Below, piece after piece: positions 47,445-50,013 of a DNA stretch of 50,013 nt. The DNA comes from an uncultured archaeon (lineage in GTDB: Archaea > Asgardarchaeota > Lokiarchaeia > Sigyniarchaeales > SOKP01): NCBI GenBank assembly GCA_964508365.1, contig CAZDTP010000025.1:1-50013 (forward strand). The letters are read 5' to 3'. Position 1 is the first letter of the stretch, and every line of letters begins with the position of its first letter. Both the position numbers and the translations under genes were made by a program. The notes under the pieces were generated by a model. The model had not been told where the DNA came from, did no database searches, and saw nothing but the letters and a program-made list of their open reading frames with translations.

Positions 47445-48314
47445 TTAGTTTAAAAACTTATCTAACCCCGTTTGACCCGAAGAAAGCGTACCCGATTTTT
47501 TTTTTATGTCTAATATACTAACTCGCTCAGGGGCGTTTCTTGGTTCTAAATCCAGTTCACGCATCATCATAATCGAATTTTTAGCAGCATAACCCGAAAA
47601 GTGATTGTTAAAATAGATTCCGACAGTATCAGCTTGATTTATTACCTCCCTAATAGATACCGCCCATTTCCTTATTTCTTCGTCTTTGAAGTAATAGTCG
47701 AACCAGGGCTTTTTACCATAACCGTGAAATCTAATATACGCAAATCTTGGATCAGTAACATCCATTCTAGGAGGTAATAACGGTTCTATCACAGCACAAT
47801 ACGTAAGCTCCCTATTTTTCAGATACGCAAATACTTCATCATCCATCCAGGATAAATGCCTAAATTCTATAATCAAATGATACCCATCCTCTTTTAAATC
47901 ACCTGGCCAAGAACGAATGAATTCTTTAAGCGCTCCGAAATGATCTGTCCTATTAAACGAAGGAGGTAACTGGATTAAGAACCCCAACAACTTTCCCGAG
48001 TCAATTAAAGGCTTCATCGCCGATAAATAGTAATTCAAATCAGCCGAGCACAGGTCAACATCCAATTTATGCTCGTGAGTTATAGCTTTATGCACTTTTG
48101 CCGTAAATAAAAAATTTGAAGGAGTCTTATCTGCCCAGCTCTTAACTATCCATTTTGAAGGAATGTTATAAAAGGTGGTGTTTATCTCGTTAGTGTAAAA
48201 TATCTCCGAATAATACGAAAGATAATCCTCCTTTTTTAACCCTTTTGGATAAAAAGGCCCTAACCACTCATCATAACCCCATCCAGAGGTCCCTATTAAT
48301 ACTCTCTTTCCCAT
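47445..48314 (-). CDS. DUF72 (YecE-like) protein
   Basis: IGTSGW.Y..W.GPFYP, EINTTFY, QLPPSF, EFRH.SW, YIRFHG, YFNNH. Confidence 0.92.
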   Translation of the reverse strand: MGKRVLIGTSGWGYDEWLGPFYPKGLKKEDYLSYYSEIFYTNEINTTFYNIPSKWIVKSWADKTPSNFLFTAKVHKAITHEHKLDVDLCSADLNYYLSAMKPLIDSGKLLGFLIQLPPSFNRTDHFGALKEFIRSWPGDLKEDGYHLIIEFRHLSWMDDEVFAYLKNRELTYCAVIEPLLPPRMDVTDPRFAYIRFHGYGKKPWFDYYFKDEEIRKWAVSIREVINQADTVGIYFNNHFSGYAAKNSIMMMRELDLEPRNAPERVSILDIKKKSGTLSSGQTGLDKFLN

Positions 48315-49104
48315 GATTAAACCTTTTTATTCTTTTTATTCTTTTTAATCTTTTAAATCCTTTAATTGTTGAACATTTCGTAAAATTTGAAATTATACTC
48401 CTATTCGAACCAAGTATCTTAGCATCCATTGACATATATTATACTCGTCTTATCTGGTTTCTTAATTTTTTATTTTTCCCCGTAATTACCCCTTAATACA
48501 ATCTCTCCTAAATATCCACCATAATTAAAATTTTATCGCTGCTTCATAGTAACCATTCGTAATATTTATAGGAATGCTCACACCCCCCTTTTATAGTTTA
48601 TGAATTCCGACCATAAAATTTTTATCTAACAAATTACTCTAATATTTCGTCGATGATTTTTTAATTTGTGATCGAAGTTTATCCCTATTACCATCGACAA
48701 GTTATTGGATGTGATAAATATCTCATCGAACCATGATGACATACCGCCAATAACGGACACCGGCCTTATGGAAGTATATCAGAAGAGACTACGGTCAAAA
48801 TGCATGATACTACAGGAAATAAGTGCCTAAAACGACCTATTCCTCGGTTGTTTCAGGATTCCGGACCAAGCACGAGCGTACGAACAAAAATATACAAAAC
48901 AAAAGAAACAGAAGAAATAAAAAAATACAAAAAAATAACAACGATTCGTGCTCAAAGGAACATACTCCCCATAAGTATGAAAATATACAATATTTTCGTC
49001 TCAATTTTAATTTCAATTTCAATTTCCAAAAATGTATCGTTTCCGAATACATAAGCCTTTTCACAAGCAATCTGAATCTTTCCTCAAGTAGACGCCAATA
49101 CGCC

Positions 49105-50013
49105 AACGCTATTTGGTGGATATCTTGGCTTGGGCACCGATGAAGAGCGTGACAAGCTGCGATAAGCTCGGGTTAGTCGCATGTAGACGTTGACCCCGAG
49201 ATTCTCGAATTGGACATCCACTTGCGGCCCAATAATCCGCAAGATTCCCAATAGGGAAAGGGAACCCTGGGAAGTAAAACATTTTAGTACCAGGAGGAAA
49301 AGAAAACAATCGTGATTCCGTTAGTAACGGCGAGCGAAAGCGGAACAGATCAAACCGAATCCCCTGGGGATAACCCAAGGGAGATGTGGAGTGTGGACCT
49401 CGTACGGCCTAACCAAAGAAGGTGAATACCCCTGAAATGTCGAGCCATAGAGCGTGATAGCCGCGTAACCGTAACTTGGAAGGCTGCTGCGAGGTATCCC
49501 GAGTAGTGCGGGATGGTTTTCCCGTACGAATGTGCCAGATACACGCTGGCAAATCTAAATATGTCCCAAGACCGATAGTGAAATAGTAGCGTGAGCAAAA
49601 GATGAAAAGAAACCCGGAAGGGCCGTGAAAAGCGCTTGAAACCAAATAGTTTAGTAAGGATGCAGCCTGAAAGGATAGATTCTGCGCGAATGAGTTCTGG
49701 TGACAGAACGTCAGAGCACAGAGGACTAGGGTTGCATCATCAGTCTGGAATCATTGGCCAGGGAGTTCATAGTAGTGGCGAGCTTAAGTGTCTCGCGGCA
49801 CGAAGGCAAAGGGAAACCAATATTCTTGCAATCTAATTATCACATTAGGATGACTCGCGTACCACGGAGTAGTTTTGCTATTCCAACGGGACGTTACGAC
49901 TCCTTCTAAGGAATTAGACCAGAAGAATGGTCTCAAAGGGCCTATAGTCACTGTTGTGATACCCGAAGCCGGTCGATCTATTCCTGGTCAAGATGAAGTC
50001 GCTCGAAAGGGTG
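49105..50013 (+). rRNA. rrl: 23S rRNA, 5' part (truncated by window end; 5' boundary approximate)
   Basis: GGTGGAT 5' motif, GATGAAGAGCGTG, TAGTAACGGCGAGCGAAAGCGGAA, AGACCGATAG, GTGAAAAG, ACCCGAAGCCGG conserved LSU motifs. Confidence 0.96.

Noticed and set aside
48400-48590. Degraded minus-strand reading frame
   Set aside because: Protein-like fragments are broken by several stops and match no family I recognise.
48733-48790. Box C/D sRNA (ATGATGA C box)
   Set aside because: No CTGA D box at a suitable distance and no convincing guide complementarity in the visible rRNA.
48800-49836. Short ORFs in the rRNA leader and 23S
   Set aside because: Shadow ORFs in low-complexity leader or rRNA sequence.
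1-50013. Selenoproteins/SECIS or a recoded genetic code
   Set aside because: No conserved gene shows an in-frame TGA at a Cys position; the only in-frame stop seen is a TAA in a truncated pseudogene.

Overview
AT-rich window from an Asgard archaeon, most likely Lokiarchaeia/Promethearchaeota. The assignment is inferred from the archaeal core genes plus profilin, a Rab-like GTPase, a roadblock protein, a RING finger and Get3. Most of the window is housekeeping: thermosome, TFB, RpoP, FtsZ, aRF1, aIF2-beta, Rio1/Nmd3/Dim2, RPA, archaeal CoA pathway, MfnB and the 5' part of a stand-alone 23S rRNA. Three things stand out, none visible in the ORF track. (1) All four DUF885-like HExxPGH metallopeptidase loci (three intact, one remnant) are followed on the same strand by a 9-codon micro-ORF with consensus M-P-x-x-x-[GN]-[AI]-[IV]-P-stop (MPGQSNAIP, MPHTDGIVP, MPVDGNIVP, MPGQAGAVP). 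Each has its own TATA-like box, a GTGA Shine-Dalgarno core and a 3' U-tract (three with a hairpin). This is a candidate undescribed peptidase-nonapeptide system. (2) Five tRNA genes carry eight bulge-helix-bulge (BHB) introns, none at canonical 37/38. These include a tRNA-Asn(GTT) with four introns and a 4-nt micro-exon whose overlapping BHB motifs imply ordered splicing. (3) aIF1/SUI1 and a class I aldolase lack any ATG/GTG/TTG start for their conserved N-termini and appear to initiate at ATT. All family assignments come from motif recognition by eye; no database searches were run.
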